Source: an uncultured Pseudomonadales bacterium (GTDB lineage Bacteria; Pseudomonadota; Gammaproteobacteria; Pseudomonadales; CAYWUD01). From it: DNA of 32,564 bases. Below, one piece after another: positions 19,064 through 29,101 of this stretch. The translations under genes and the position numbers were made by a program. The notes beneath the pieces were generated by a model that made no database searches, was not told the origin of the DNA, and was given only the letters and a program-made list of their open reading frames with translations. The stretch covers positions 1 to 32,564 of the forward strand of contig CAYWUD010000001.1 of the NCBI GenBank assembly GCA_964461355.1. The letters run 5' to 3'. How positions within the stretch are numbered: position 1 is the stretch's first letter; each line of letters opens with the position of its first letter.

Positions 19064-21721
19064 TTACTGCTCTCGAGCCTTGGCGTTCGCCTTCTTCTTG
19101 CTGCGCCGGCGTTTACGGCGCTTGGCCACCGGCGCCTCAGCAGCGGCCTTGTCGGCATGTTTTTTCGCCTTCTGCGGCTTGTCCGCATCCGCCCTGGGTT
19201 CAGCGCTCTGGGCCGGAGCCTGTTTTTTCTTGGCTGAAGACTTTTTCTTGCGACTCTTGCGCGCGGCGCCTTTGGTCTTCGGTCCCGGAGCCTCGACGGC
19301 CGGCAGGTAGGTCCAGTCTTCGCTCGACTCGCCCCGCTCATCGCCGAACTTGTCCGCCAGAAGATCGGCCTGCTTGCGCTCGGCAATCTGCTGCTCGGGC
19401 GAGCTTTCGGTGCGCAGCGAACGCCCGCGCGTAGCCCCCTTGCGCCCGCGCCCACGGCGACCGCTGGGCTTGAAGCCGCTGGCCAGTTCGAAATCGATCT
19501 TGCGCTCTTCCAGATCGACCCGTACCACGGTCACCTCGACGCTATCACCAAGCCCGAAGATGGTTCCGGTGCGCTCGCCCTGCAGGCGCTGACGTGCGGC
19601 ATCGAAGTGGTAGTAGTCCCCCGGCAGCGCACTGATATGCACCAGCCCTTCGACAAACACATCCTGCAGCTCGACAAACAGACCAAAACCGGTCACCGCC
19701 GTGACCAGCCCCGGCAGGGTCTGGCCCAGATGCTGCTGCATGTATTCGCATTTGAGCCAGTCGGTCACATCCCGCGTGGCTTCATCGGCACGGCGCTCGG
19801 TCAGGGAGCAATGCTCACCGAGTTCGAGCATCTTCGGCAGATCATAGGGATAGATCTCCGACGGTTTCAGCGATGCCGCACCGCTGATCCGGCGTACCGC
19901 GCGCAGCGCCTGGGAGAAAGTGCCCTTGGGGGCACGAATCAGCTGACGGATCGCCCGGTGCACCAGCAGATCGGGGTAACGGCGAATGGGCGAGGTGAAA
20001 TGTCCGTAGGCCTGAAAGCCCAGCCCGAAATGCCCTTCGTTTTCCGGGGTATAGACCGCCTGGCTCATGGAGCGCAGCAGCATGGTCTGGATCACACGGA
20101 AATCGGGGCGTTTTTTCACCCGCTCGAGCAGCGCCTGATAGTCGCTCGGCGTCGGCTTGTCGCCGCCGGGCAGAGTCAGCCCCAGCTCGCCCAGAAACGC
20201 CTTCAGATTCTCGAGTTTCTTCGCCGCCGGGCCCTGGTGCACACGGTACAGGGTCGGAATACGGTGCTTCTCGAGCAGCTTCGCGGCACAGACGTTGGCG
20301 CACAGCATGCATTCTTCAATCAGGCGGTGGGCATCGTTACGGACCGTCGGCACGATCCGTTCGATCTTGCGCTCGGCGCCGAACAGAATCCGTGTTTCAG
20401 TCGTTTCAAAGTCGATCGCACCGCGCTCGAAACGCGCTTTGAGCAGTACCTTGTAGAGGTTGTAAAGCTCGGTCAGCGGCACCAGCAGATTCTGGCGCGC
20501 CTTGCGTGCGGCCCGCCCTTCGGCGGTTCGCCCATGCTGCAGGATGCTGCTGACTTCGGTGTAGGTCAGCCGGGCATGCGAGCGGATCAGTCCCTCATAG
20601 AACTTGTAACCGCTGATGCGGCCCTGCTGGCTGATGGTCATTTCGCAGACCATCGCCAGCCGGTCCACTTCCGGGTTCAGCGAGCACAGACCGTTACTCA
20701 GCACCTCCGGCAGCATCGGCACCACGTGGCCGGGGAAGTACACCGAGTTGCCCCGCTCACGCCCTTCGATATCGAGCGCCGAGTCGATCGCGACATAGTG
20801 GGAAACATCGGCAATGGCGACAAACAGGCGCCAGCCACCGCTTTTCTTGGTTTCGCAGTAGACCGCATCGTCAAAGTCGCGCGCATCTTCACCGTCAATG
20901 GTCACCAGCGGCAGGTGACGCAGATCGACACGCAGTTCCTTGTCCTGCTCGCGCACTTCGGGCCCGAACGCCTTGATCTGTTCGAGTACCGCCTCAGGCC
21001 ACTGGTGCGGAATCTCGTGGCTGCGGATCGCCACCTCGATCTCCATCCCCGGCGCCATGTGATCGCCCAGGATCTCGCGCACGACACCGACCGGCAAGCG
21101 GGTGCGATCGGGCTGTTCCACCAGATCCACCAGCACATACTGACCCTGACTCGGCATCAGAGCCCCGGGACGAATCAGAATCTCACGGGTAATACGCTTG
21201 TTGTCCGGCACCAGAAAGGCGCTGCCGGACTCTTCGAAATAGCGTCCGACCAGCTGTTCGGTGCCTCGCTCGAGCACCTCGACAATGACCCCTTCGCGAC
21301 GGCCGCGACGGTCGATGGCGCCAATGCGCACCGCCACCCGGTCGCCATCGAAGACCTGGCGCATCTGCCGGTTGGAGAGAAACAGATCCTCGGAACCGTC
21401 ATCGGGAATCAGGAAGCCATAACCGTCCCGATGGCCCTGGACGCGCCCGGCTACCAGATCCATCTTCGACAGCAGACCAAAGGCGCCCTTGCGGTTTTTC
21501 AGCAACTGCCCGTCGCGCACCATCGCATGCAGGCGCCGTCGCAGTGCCTCGACTTCGTCCACACTGGCAACCGCCAGTTCACGACAGAGCTGATTATGGT
21601 TGGCGGGGGCGCCGCGCTCCTCGAGGTGCTGCATGATCAGCGCACGGCTCGGGACCGGACGGTCGTATTTCTGCTGCTCTTGTTCCAGATCGGGATCGAG
21701 TTCTTTCCAATGGTCGGCCAT
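19064..21721 (-). CDS. rnr: Ribonuclease R
   Basis: 885 aa with the RNB catalytic region (DGEDARDFDDAV, SPIRRYPDLLVHR), an S1 domain and a long Lys/Arg/Ala-rich C-terminal tail. Confidence 0.95.
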   Translation of the reverse strand: MADHWKELDPDLEQEQQKYDRPVPSRALIMQHLEERGAPANHNQLCRELAVASVDEVEALRRRLHAMVRDGQLLKNRKGAFGLLSKMDLVAGRVQGHRDGYGFLIPDDGSEDLFLSNRQMRQVFDGDRVAVRIGAIDRRGRREGVIVEVLERGTEQLVGRYFEESGSAFLVPDNKRITREILIRPGALMPSQGQYVLVDLVEQPDRTRLPVGVVREILGDHMAPGMEIEVAIRSHEIPHQWPEAVLEQIKAFGPEVREQDKELRVDLRHLPLVTIDGEDARDFDDAVYCETKKSGGWRLFVAIADVSHYVAIDSALDIEGRERGNSVYFPGHVVPMLPEVLSNGLCSLNPEVDRLAMVCEMTISQQGRISGYKFYEGLIRSHARLTYTEVSSILQHGRTAEGRAARKARQNLLVPLTELYNLYKVLLKARFERGAIDFETTETRILFGAERKIERIVPTVRNDAHRLIEECMLCANVCAAKLLEKHRIPTLYRVHQGPAAKKLENLKAFLGELGLTLPGGDKPTPSDYQALLERVKKRPDFRVIQTMLLRSMSQAVYTPENEGHFGLGFQAYGHFTSPIRRYPDLLVHRAIRQLIRAPKGTFSQALRAVRRISGAASLKPSEIYPYDLPKMLELGEHCSLTERRADEATRDVTDWLKCEYMQQHLGQTLPGLVTAVTGFGLFVELQDVFVEGLVHISALPGDYYHFDAARQRLQGERTGTIFGLGDSVEVTVVRVDLEERKIDFELASGFKPSGRRGRGRKGATRGRSLRTESSPEQQIAERKQADLLADKFGDERGESSEDWTYLPAVEAPGPKTKGAARKSRKKKSSAKKKQAPAQSAEPRADADKPQKAKKHADKAAAEAPVAKRRKRRRSKKKANAKAREQ

Positions 21722-21846
21722 GAGGCTCCTTTACAAAAGGCCCTCAAATGGGCCTGAAAAACAAAGACTGTCCCACAGTATACGCAGCCGCCGAGCCTCG
21801 CTCCATGTGAATCCCCGCAATGCTCGTGATTTCGCGAACACAGCCC

Positions 21847-23055
21847 CTAGAGGCCGACGAAGAAGCCGATGACCAGCGCATTGACGATATCGATAAAGAA
21901 ACCGCAGACCAGCGGCACCACGACAAAGGCCCGGTGCGCCGCGCCGTACTCTTCACTGACCGACGTCATGTTGGCAATCGCCGTTGCCGTCGAGCCCAGG
22001 GTAATGCCACCAAATCCCGAGGCGATCACCGACGCTTCGTAATCACGCCCCATGCAGCGGAAGACCACCAGCAGGGTAAACAGTACCGACAGCAGGGCCT
22101 GAATACCGACCGTGACCAGCGCAAAGGTGAAGACATCGGCCAGCAGCCAGAGCTTCATCGACATCAGCGCCATGGTCAGGAACAGCCCCAGACTCAGATC
22201 CGACAACAGGGCCAGACCGGTCGCACTGCCCGGCCAGTTCAGTCGAGGCCAGAAGCGCGGCACCAGATTACCCAGCAGAATGCCGCCGATCAGACAACTG
22301 ACAAAGAGCGGCAGCTTGAGCCCGGTCTGGGCCAGCGCCAGATCGAGGAAATAACCGATGATCAGCGCCAGATGCAGACTCAGCCAGGCAAACAGCAGCG
22401 ACATATGATCAAACGCCGGATCCTTGTAGCCCTTGTGGCTGAAACCGAAATCAAGCGCCTCGCTGGTACCCGCCCGCGCCAGGCGATGCTTGAGAATCAG
22501 GTGACGCGCAATGGGGCCACCGATCAGACAGGCCAGAATCAGCCCCAGGGTATTGGCCGCGATGCCGAGCTCCACCGCCTGTGACAGACCCAGCTCATCA
22601 TTGAACACCGGCGCCCAGGCGATGGTGGTGCCCACCCCGCCGGTGAGCGATATGGAGCCGGCCATCAGGCCGAGCTTAGGGTCATAGCCGAACAGACTCG
22701 CCATTCCCATGCCGGTGAGGTTCTGCAGCACGATAAAACTGCCGGCCAACCCCAGCAGAATCGCCAGCGGCCTCCCACCGGAAATCAGGGTCCGCACATC
22801 GGCCCTAAGCCCGACGGCGGCAAAGAAATACAGCAGCAGGCGATCACGCACATCGGTACTGAAATCGATCGCCACATCGAGGGCATAGAACACGGCGGCG
22901 GTCACAGCAGCGGCGATAAAACCACCGATCACCGGATCGGGAATACTGTAGCGCTGCAAAAGCTCGCTGCGCTGGGTACAGAGCTTACCCAGAAAAAGCA
23001 CCACAATGGCGAGGGTGAAGGTCAGGAAATTGTCGACAAAAAGCTCATGAGTCAT
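21847..23055 (-). CDS. gltS: Sodium/glutamate symporter GltS
   Basis: Close match along its length to E. coli GltS as I recall it (GSISLTGGVGT, ASGFGGITLGSTATAIANM, VVPLVCGFFIDIVNALVI). ATG 23055 is preferred over track GTG 23061 because GGAG sits 7 nt upstream of 23055. Confidence 0.9.
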   Translation of the reverse strand: MTHELFVDNFLTFTLAIVVLFLGKLCTQRSELLQRYSIPDPVIGGFIAAAVTAAVFYALDVAIDFSTDVRDRLLLYFFAAVGLRADVRTLISGGRPLAILLGLAGSFIVLQNLTGMGMASLFGYDPKLGLMAGSISLTGGVGTTIAWAPVFNDELGLSQAVELGIAANTLGLILACLIGGPIARHLILKHRLARAGTSEALDFGFSHKGYKDPAFDHMSLLFAWLSLHLALIIGYFLDLALAQTGLKLPLFVSCLIGGILLGNLVPRFWPRLNWPGSATGLALLSDLSLGLFLTMALMSMKLWLLADVFTFALVTVGIQALLSVLFTLLVVFRCMGRDYEASVIASGFGGITLGSTATAIANMTSVSEEYGAAHRAFVVVPLVCGFFIDIVNALVIGFFVGL

Positions 23056-23323
23056 GACCACACTCCAAACAGGGGCTGCCTGAACAGGCTAGACGAAATA
23101 ACGGCGACGCCCGCCAGCCATCCGGTTATACCCTCGATGAGCTGAACCGGGCCTGTACGCAAGGTGAACCAATGAGACGCGCTTCCGCGGTAGGCAAGGA
23201 TTATTTGGTTATTATCGCCCGGGTTCTGATTGGCGATTGATCTTGAGCCCAGCCCCCCGGCCCCCCGTTCACCCCTTATGCTTGAAAACGTATGGATACA
23301 TCGTTTTCCAAGGAGCATGTTGC

Positions 23324-23782
23324 ATGCGAAAACAGGCCACTATGATTCTGCTCGGCAGCAGCCTGATGATCGGCGCTGCCTGGGCCGACAAACCGGACCA
23401 TCACCCCCGCGATGCGTCCTGGTACGACAGCCACCCCTCCGAGACGGCTGAAGAACATCGCCGTGATGTCGCCCGTCGTGAAGCCTACTGGGAAGCTCAC
23501 AGCAGCCCTTCCGCGTCCGAGTACAAGGAAAAAAAGCACAAGGCGCTGCCTCCGGGGCTGGCAAAGAAGTATCAGCGTACCGGTGAGCTGCCTCCGGGCT
23601 GGCAAAAGAAAATTGCCCAAGGCCAGGTTCTGACCCCGGAACTGTACCCCTATGCGCGGGAGGTACCCTGGAGCCGCTACCCGAACCTGCCCTATGACGA
23701 GCGCAGCAAGATCTACGAGATCGAAGACAAGGTCTTTCGGGTGATGAACGGCACCCGCGAAATTCTGGATGTACTGCGCTAG
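23324..23782 (+). CDS. Exported CigR/RcnB-like protein
   Basis: AAGGAG lies 8 nt upstream of ATG 23324. Signal peptide MRKQATMILLGSSLMIGAAWA. Tandem LPPGLAKK / LPPGWQKK motifs and a C-terminal IYEIEDKVFRVMNGTREILDV resemble Salmonella CigR (LPPGIAKN...LPPGIAKK...LVLIA) as I recall it. Confidence 0.6.
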   Translation: MRKQATMILLGSSLMIGAAWADKPDHHPRDASWYDSHPSETAEEHRRDVARREAYWEAHSSPSASEYKEKKHKALPPGLAKKYQRTGELPPGWQKKIAQGQVLTPELYPYAREVPWSRYPNLPYDERSKIYEIEDKVFRVMNGTREILDVLR

Positions 23783-23793
23783 CCGCGCGCATG

Positions 23794-23813
23794 GCCGCCC
23801 GATTACGGGCGGC
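23794..23813. terminator. GC-rich hairpin between convergent genes (possible bidirectional terminator; no U tract)
   Basis: GCCGCCCG-ATTA-CGGGCGGC, a perfect 8-bp stem. It sits between the stop of the CigR-like gene (23782) and the stop of the small nap-distal ORF (23822). Confidence 0.4.
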
Positions 23814-23821
23814 GCAGCCAT

Positions 23822-23971
23822 TCAGGCATGATCGTCGCCCGCCTGGGCGCGGTTGATCCGCTCCAGCAGAAAACAGCCCACCGCCGCCGTAATCAGAAAC
23901 CCCGTGATAAAGATCACCGGCATGGTGGCATACCCCAGGGCATACCAGATCAGTTGTTCCAACGCACTCAT
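23822..23971 (-). CDS. 49-aa single-pass membrane protein, last ORF of the nap operon (below ORF-track size cutoff)
   Basis: Hand translation gives MSALEQLIWYALGYATMPVIFITGFLITAAVGCFLLERINRAQAGDDHA. AGGAGG lies 5 nt upstream of ATG 23971, which is 15 nt after the napC stop. It has one hydrophobic helix flanked by a charged C-terminus. The 8-bp hairpin follows its stop. Confidence 0.55.
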   Translation of the reverse strand: MSALEQLIWYALGYATMPVIFITGFLITAAVGCFLLERINRAQAGDDHA

Positions 23972-23986
23972 GATGACCTCCTGCGC

Positions 23987-24580
23987 CTACTGCCAGCCTT
24001 CGACACCGCTCATGTCCGGTAGCCGGTGGGCGATGCCCTTGTGACAATCGATACAGGTTTTCTCGCCCGAGGCCAGCGCGGTCGAGTGCTGGGCAAAGGC
24101 GCGACGCCCCTGTTCGGTGAAGTCCATATAGGTAAAATCGTGGCAGTTGCGGCACTCGCGTGAATCATTCTCCTTCATGCGCTGCCACTCCCGCTGCGCC
24201 ATGGCCAGCCGGTGCGCCTGGAATTTTTCCGGCGTATCGACCACGCCGGTAATCTTGCCCCACAGCTCCTTGCTGGCCTGCACCTTGCGCACGATCTTGT
24301 GGGTCCAGTCGCGCGGCACATGACAGTCCGGACAGCTGGCACGCACACCCGAGCGATTGCTGTAATGGATCGTCTCGCGGTACTCCTGATAGACGTTGTC
24401 TTCCATCTCATGGCAGCTGATACAAAAACCTTCAGTATAGCTCAGCTCCATCCCAGTGTTGAAGCCGCCCCAAAAGATGATCCCGGCAAAGAACCCGAAT
24501 GCCAGCACCAGCCCGAACGCCACTTTGGCAGGCTGGCGCAGCAGCTGCCCATAGCGCAGCAGAAAAAAGCGTTTGGCCAT
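23987..24580 (-). CDS. napC: Tetrahaem cytochrome c quinol dehydrogenase NapC (NapC/NirT family)
   Basis: 197 aa with an N-terminal TM anchor and four CxxCH motifs (CISCH, CPDCH, CRNCH, CIDCH). Confidence 0.93.
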   Translation of the reverse strand: MAKRFFLLRYGQLLRQPAKVAFGLVLAFGFFAGIIFWGGFNTGMELSYTEGFCISCHEMEDNVYQEYRETIHYSNRSGVRASCPDCHVPRDWTHKIVRKVQASKELWGKITGVVDTPEKFQAHRLAMAQREWQRMKENDSRECRNCHDFTYMDFTEQGRRAFAQHSTALASGEKTCIDCHKGIAHRLPDMSGVEGWQ

Positions 24581-24589
24581 GGCCGCCTC

Positions 24590-25039
24590 CTATTGCTTGT
24601 CCAGGGATTCAACGGGCTGGAAACGGTTTTCCACCAGCGGCGCGGCCTCGACCTGAGGGACGTGGCACTGGGTACAGAAATAACGACCCGGCGCCATATC
24701 CGCGAGCTGCTTGCCGTCACGATTGACGAAGTGGGTCACGCTGATCCGGGTAGCTCCGCTCTCTCGCGCATTGCTCCAGCTGTGACAGGAGAGGCACTTG
24801 TTGCTGTTGCGATCGATCCGGTAATCGCGAATATCATGGGGAATCAGCGGTGGCTGATGGACAAAATCGCGCGGCAGCGGCTTCTGGTCCGGCCCCACCG
24901 CCTTATTGGTTGCTGCCGCGGTGATCTCATCCAGCGGCTGATCCCCCCTGAGCGACTCAAGCCCACCGCTATCGGCCTGCAATGACCCGACCACCAGCAG
25001 CCAGCCCGCCAGAAGTACTATCAACGGTTTAGTGTTCAT
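24590..25039 (-). CDS. napB: Dihaem cytochrome c NapB, small subunit of periplasmic nitrate reductase
   Basis: Starts at ATG 25039 ([22 protein letters not shown] signal peptide). QPPLIPH, CLSCH and RYFCTQCHVPQ align with E. coli NapB. It overlaps the napH 3' end by 11 nt. Confidence 0.9.
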   Translation of the reverse strand: MNTKPLIVLLAGWLLVVGSLQADSGGLESLRGDQPLDEITAAATNKAVGPDQKPLPRDFVHQPPLIPHDIRDYRIDRNSNKCLSCHSWSNARESGATRISVTHFVNRDGKQLADMAPGRYFCTQCHVPQVEAAPLVENRFQPVESLDKQ

Positions 25040-25859
25040 TCTCTTTCCCTCGATCATGGCCCACCCGAAAACCCAATCTAAACACCTGCTGCGGACAGAC
25101 ATCGACGCAGCGACCACAGGCCGTACAATCCCCTGACCGAATCCAGGGAGCGGCCTGTGTCTTCAGAACCGGCTTGAGTACCTGCGGCTCGGGGCAGACC
25201 CCGTAGCACAGCATGCAGTCATCACAATCTGCGGCACGGGCACGCACCCGCAGGGGCGTCACCTGGCCCAGCAGTGCGTAGAAGGCGCCCTGGGGGCAGA
25301 GGTGCCCGCACCAGCCCCGATGCGCCACCAACAGGTCGAACAGAAACACCGTCAGCAGCAGCCACCAGCCGGTCGCACTGGCAAACAGCAGCGCCCGAAG
25401 AGTCTGGGATACCGGATTGACCAGCTCCCACACCAGCGCACCATGGACCGCAGCCAGCAGCAACGTGGCCGCCAGCAGCCAGAAACGGATCTGACGCGAC
25501 AGCCGCCAGCTTTTGCGCAGCCCAAGGCGACGGCGCAGCCAGGCAGCCAGATCCGTTACCGCATTCACCGGACACACCCAGCTGCAGAAGGTACGCCCGC
25601 CCAGAAGGGCGTAAAAAAACAGGACCAGCAGCGCCCCCAGCAACGCTTCGGCGGCCGGCCAGAATCCGGCGGCAAGGCTCTGCAACAGAATAAAGGGATC
25701 ACTCAGGGGCACCGTTTCCAGCACCCGGCTTGAAGCCAACGAGCCCTCCAGCACGCCCAGCGCCGGTCCCAGCAGAAACAGCAGCACGACCCCCGCCTGG
25801 CAGCTGCGTCGCAACAACCAGAAGCGCCAGCGCATAAGGATGCCGCGCGCACGGTTCAT
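25029..25859 (-). CDS. napH: Membrane-bound polyferredoxin NapH
   Basis: 276 aa with CSWVCP and GWCGHLCP membrane-proximal motifs, plus two C-terminal 4Fe-4S motifs ([24 protein letters not shown]). Collinear with E. coli NapH. ATGA overlap with napG. Confidence 0.92.
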   Translation of the reverse strand: MNRARGILMRWRFWLLRRSCQAGVVLLFLLGPALGVLEGSLASSRVLETVPLSDPFILLQSLAAGFWPAAEALLGALLVLFFYALLGGRTFCSWVCPVNAVTDLAAWLRRRLGLRKSWRLSRQIRFWLLAATLLLAAVHGALVWELVNPVSQTLRALLFASATGWWLLLTVFLFDLLVAHRGWCGHLCPQGAFYALLGQVTPLRVRARAADCDDCMLCYGVCPEPQVLKPVLKTQAAPWIRSGDCTACGRCVDVCPQQVFRLGFRVGHDRGKENEH

Positions 25860-26605
25860 GGACGCACCTCCGGCCGGCGATCGGGCAGATCGATCGGTTC
25901 GGGAATCAGCGCATGTCCCTCACGCGCCTGCTCCTGCCAGCCGAACCGGTAATGAGCCCCCAGGGCACCACGGGCAAGCTCCAGCGGCAGCACCTTGATC
26001 GCCGCAACTTCGAGCACGCAGGCCTGTTCGCACTTGCCGCATCCGGTACAGCGTTCACTGTGGACCGTGGGCACGAAGCGCGCGTGCTTGCCGGTACGGG
26101 CATTGCGCTGCAGCTCGAGACTGATCGCCTCATCCAGCAACGGGCAGACGCGGTAACAGACATCGCAGCGCAGCCCCTGCATGTTCAGACAGTTCTCCTG
26201 ATCCACCAGCACCGCCAGCCCCATCCGGGCCGCATCGATCTGTTCAAGCTGATGATCCAGCGCCCCGGTCGGACAGACCGGGACACAGGGGATCTGCTCG
26301 CACATCTCGCAGGAGCCTTCGCGGGCAACAAAATAAGGCGTTCCGGCAGGCAGCGGATCGCCCAGATCAGCCAGATACAGAATCTCATAGGGACAGGCCT
26401 GCACGCAGAGGCCACAGCGGATGCAGGCGGCCTCAAAATCGCCGCTGGCCAGTGCCCCCGGCGGCCTGAGGTAAGGCGCACTGAGCGCACTCCGCGGCCG
26501 TCCGACAACCCCCAGCAGGCCCAGCAAACCGACAGCCGCGCCGGTGTGCAGGCAGTGCTCGAGAAACTGCCGACGGGCGGAAACAGCGTTCTGTGGCGCT
26601 ACCAT
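25856..26605 (-). CDS. napG: Periplasmic 4x[4Fe-4S] ferredoxin NapG
   Basis: Tat signal SARRQFL and four cysteine clusters ([47 protein letters not shown]). ATG 26605 is preferred (AGGGGG 5 nt upstream); the track uses GTG 26608. Confidence 0.92.
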   Translation of the reverse strand: MVAPQNAVSARRQFLEHCLHTGAAVGLLGLLGVVGRPRSALSAPYLRPPGALASGDFEAACIRCGLCVQACPYEILYLADLGDPLPAGTPYFVAREGSCEMCEQIPCVPVCPTGALDHQLEQIDAARMGLAVLVDQENCLNMQGLRCDVCYRVCPLLDEAISLELQRNARTGKHARFVPTVHSERCTGCGKCEQACVLEVAAIKVLPLELARGALGAHYRFGWQEQAREGHALIPEPIDLPDRRPEVRP

Positions 26606-26614
26606 CACCGCCCC

Positions 26615-29101
26615 CTAGGCCTTCACCACCTTGACCGCACACTTCTTGAAATCGGTCTCCTTCGACAGCGGATCGGTGGCATCGAGGGTGAGCTTGTTGA
26701 CCAGCTGGCTGGCATCGAAGAACGGGATAAACACCAGCCCCTGCGGGGGCCGATTGCGCCCGCGGGTCTCGACCCGGGTACGGATCTCGCCGCGACGGCT
26801 CTGCACCCGGACCTCCTCGCCACGACGCAGCCCGCGCGCCCGGGCATCGTCAGGATGCATGTAGACCACGGCATCGGGGAACGCGCGATACAGCTCCGGC
26901 ACCCGCCGGGTCATGCTGCCCGAGTGCCAATGCTCGAGCACGCGGCCGGTAGAGAGCCAGAGATCGTATTCGGCATCGGGCACTTCCGCCGGCGGCTCGT
27001 AGGGCAGGGCAAAGATCCACGCCTTGCCGTCGGGCTTGCCATAAAAACGTACCCCCTCGCCAGCCTTCACATAGGGGTCATACCCCTCGCGATAACGCCA
27101 CAGGGTTTCCTGCCCCTCGACCACCGGCCAGCGCAACCCGCGCGCCTGATGGTACTGCTCAAAGGGCGCCAGATCGTGGCCATGCCCCCGACCAAAGCGG
27201 GCGTACTCCTCGAACAGCCCCTTCTGCACATAGAAGCCGAAATGATGCGCTTCGTCGTTGAGTTCCGGCGCTTCGTCGAGCCCATAGCGGTTCACTTCGC
27301 CATTCTCGAACAGCACCTGATACAGGCTTTGCCCGCGGTATTCGGGCTTTTGCGCCAGCAGCTCCTCGGGCCAGACCTCTTCGATCTGAAAACGCTTGGC
27401 AAACTCCATCAGCTGCCAGAGATCCGAACGCGCCTCGCCGGGGGCGGCAACCTGCTGATACCAGAACTGGGTACGCCGCTCGGCGTTACCGTAGGCGCCC
27501 TCCTTCTCGACCCACATCGCCGTTGGCAGAATCAGATCGGCCGCCTGAGCCGTGACCGTCGGATAGGGATCGGAGACGACGATAAAGTTGTCCGGATTAC
27601 GGTACCCCGGAAAACCCTCTTCGTTCATGTTGGGTGCGGTCTGCATGTTGTTGTTGCACATCACCCAGTAGGCATTGAGCTTGCCATCCTTGAGCATGCG
27701 GTTCTGCAGCACCGCGTGATAGCCGGGCTTGGGCGGGATGGTGCCTTCGGGCAACCGCCAGATCTGTTCGGCCAGTGCCCGGTGCGCGGGGTTGGCCACC
27801 ACCATGTCGGCCGGCAGGCGGTGGGCAAAGGTACCGACTTCACGGGCGGTACCACAGGCCGAGGGCTGACCGGTCAGCGAGAAAGGCCCGTTGCCGGGTT
27901 CGGAGATCTTCCCGGTCAGCAGATGCAGGTTGTAGACCATATTGTTGGCCCAGACCCCGCGGGTATGCTGGTTGAAGCCCATGGTCCAGTAGGACACCAC
28001 CTTCACCTTGGGATCGGCATACAGCGCCGCCAGTGCTTCAAGCTTGGCCACCGGCACCCCGGAGAGCTCGGATACGTACTCGGCGGTATAGGTGCTGACA
28101 AAGCGGGCAAAGGTGTCAAAGTCGATCTCCTCGGAACCGCCCTGCCCGGGGTTCGCCGCCGCCTGTTCGAGCGGATGCTCAGGTCTGAGCCCGTAGCCGA
28201 TATCGGCCACACCCTGGCGGAATCGGGTGTGTTGATCAACAAACGCCTTGTTTACGCGATCGTGCGTGATGATGTAGTGGGCGATGAAATTGAGAATCGC
28301 AAGGTCGGTCTGCGGTGTGAAGATGATCGGCACGTCGGCCAGCTCGAAGCTTCGATGCTCGAAGGTCGACAGCACCGCCACCTGAACATGATCGGCCGAA
28401 AGCCGCCGGTCGGTCAGCCGCGACCAGAGGATCGGGTGCATCTCGGCCATGTTGGCACCCCAGAGCACAAAGGCATCGGCCTGCTCCAGGTCGTCGTAGC
28501 AGCCCATCGGCTCGTCCATACCGAAGGTGCGCATGAAGCCGCCCACCGCCGAGGCCATGCAGTGACGTGCATTGGGGTCGATGTTGTTGGAGCGAAAACC
28601 CGCTTTCATCAGCTTCGCGGCCGCATAACCTTCCCAGACGGTCCACTGCCCGGAGCCGAACATGCCCACCGCCGTTGGCCCCTTCTCCTTGAGGGTGCGC
28701 CTGAACTGATCGGCCATCACATCGAAGGCGGTATCCCAGGACACCTCGGTAAAGGTGCCGTCCTTGTCGTAGTGCCCGTCGCGCATGCGCAGCAGCGGCT
28801 GGGTCAGGCGATCCCGGCCGTACATGATCTTGGACAGGAAATAGCCCTTGATGCAGTTCAGACCACGGTTGACCGGCGCATCGGGATCCCCCTGGGTCGC
28901 CACGACACGACCGTTCTGACTGCCCACCAGCACCGAGCAGCCGGTACCGCAGAAGCGGCAGGGCGCCTTGTCCCAGCGCAGTTTGGTATCACGGCTGGTG
29001 GCAATCAGGTTGGTGGCCGCCGCCGGTACGCTGATGCCCGCCGCAGCGGCGGTCGCCACCAGCGCCTGGGCCTTCAGAAAGGCACGTCTGGATTCATTCA
29101 T
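26615..29101 (-). CDS. napA: Periplasmic nitrate reductase catalytic subunit NapA
   Basis: Starts at ATG 29101 with Tat signal [22 protein letters not shown]. The N-terminal 4Fe-4S motif is [10 protein letters not shown]. Molybdopterin oxidoreductase similarity extends over the full length. The track ORF's 35 extra N-terminal codons overlap napD. Confidence 0.97.
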   Translation of the reverse strand: MNESRRAFLKAQALVATAAAAGISVPAAATNLIATSRDTKLRWDKAPCRFCGTGCSVLVGSQNGRVVATQGDPDAPVNRGLNCIKGYFLSKIMYGRDRLTQPLLRMRDGHYDKDGTFTEVSWDTAFDVMADQFRRTLKEKGPTAVGMFGSGQWTVWEGYAAAKLMKAGFRSNNIDPNARHCMASAVGGFMRTFGMDEPMGCYDDLEQADAFVLWGANMAEMHPILWSRLTDRRLSADHVQVAVLSTFEHRSFELADVPIIFTPQTDLAILNFIAHYIITHDRVNKAFVDQHTRFRQGVADIGYGLRPEHPLEQAAANPGQGGSEEIDFDTFARFVSTYTAEYVSELSGVPVAKLEALAALYADPKVKVVSYWTMGFNQHTRGVWANNMVYNLHLLTGKISEPGNGPFSLTGQPSACGTAREVGTFAHRLPADMVVANPAHRALAEQIWRLPEGTIPPKPGYHAVLQNRMLKDGKLNAYWVMCNNNMQTAPNMNEEGFPGYRNPDNFIVVSDPYPTVTAQAADLILPTAMWVEKEGAYGNAERRTQFWYQQVAAPGEARSDLWQLMEFAKRFQIEEVWPEELLAQKPEYRGQSLYQVLFENGEVNRYGLDEAPELNDEAHHFGFYVQKGLFEEYARFGRGHGHDLAPFEQYHQARGLRWPVVEGQETLWRYREGYDPYVKAGEGVRFYGKPDGKAWIFALPYEPPAEVPDAEYDLWLSTGRVLEHWHSGSMTRRVPELYRAFPDAVVYMHPDDARARGLRRGEEVRVQSRRGEIRTRVETRGRNRPPQGLVFIPFFDASQLVNKLTLDATDPLSKETDFKKCAVKVVKA

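Noticed and set aside
19064-19500. Long Lys/Arg/Ala-rich tail that might be a separate gene or a fusion
   Set aside because: It is in frame and continuous with rnr. A basic, low-complexity C-terminal tail is a normal RNase R feature.
19607-21757. 716-aa plus-strand ORF
   Set aside because: It is antisense to rnr (RNase R), which has clear RNB and S1 motifs. The composition is artefactual and no SD or motif supports it.
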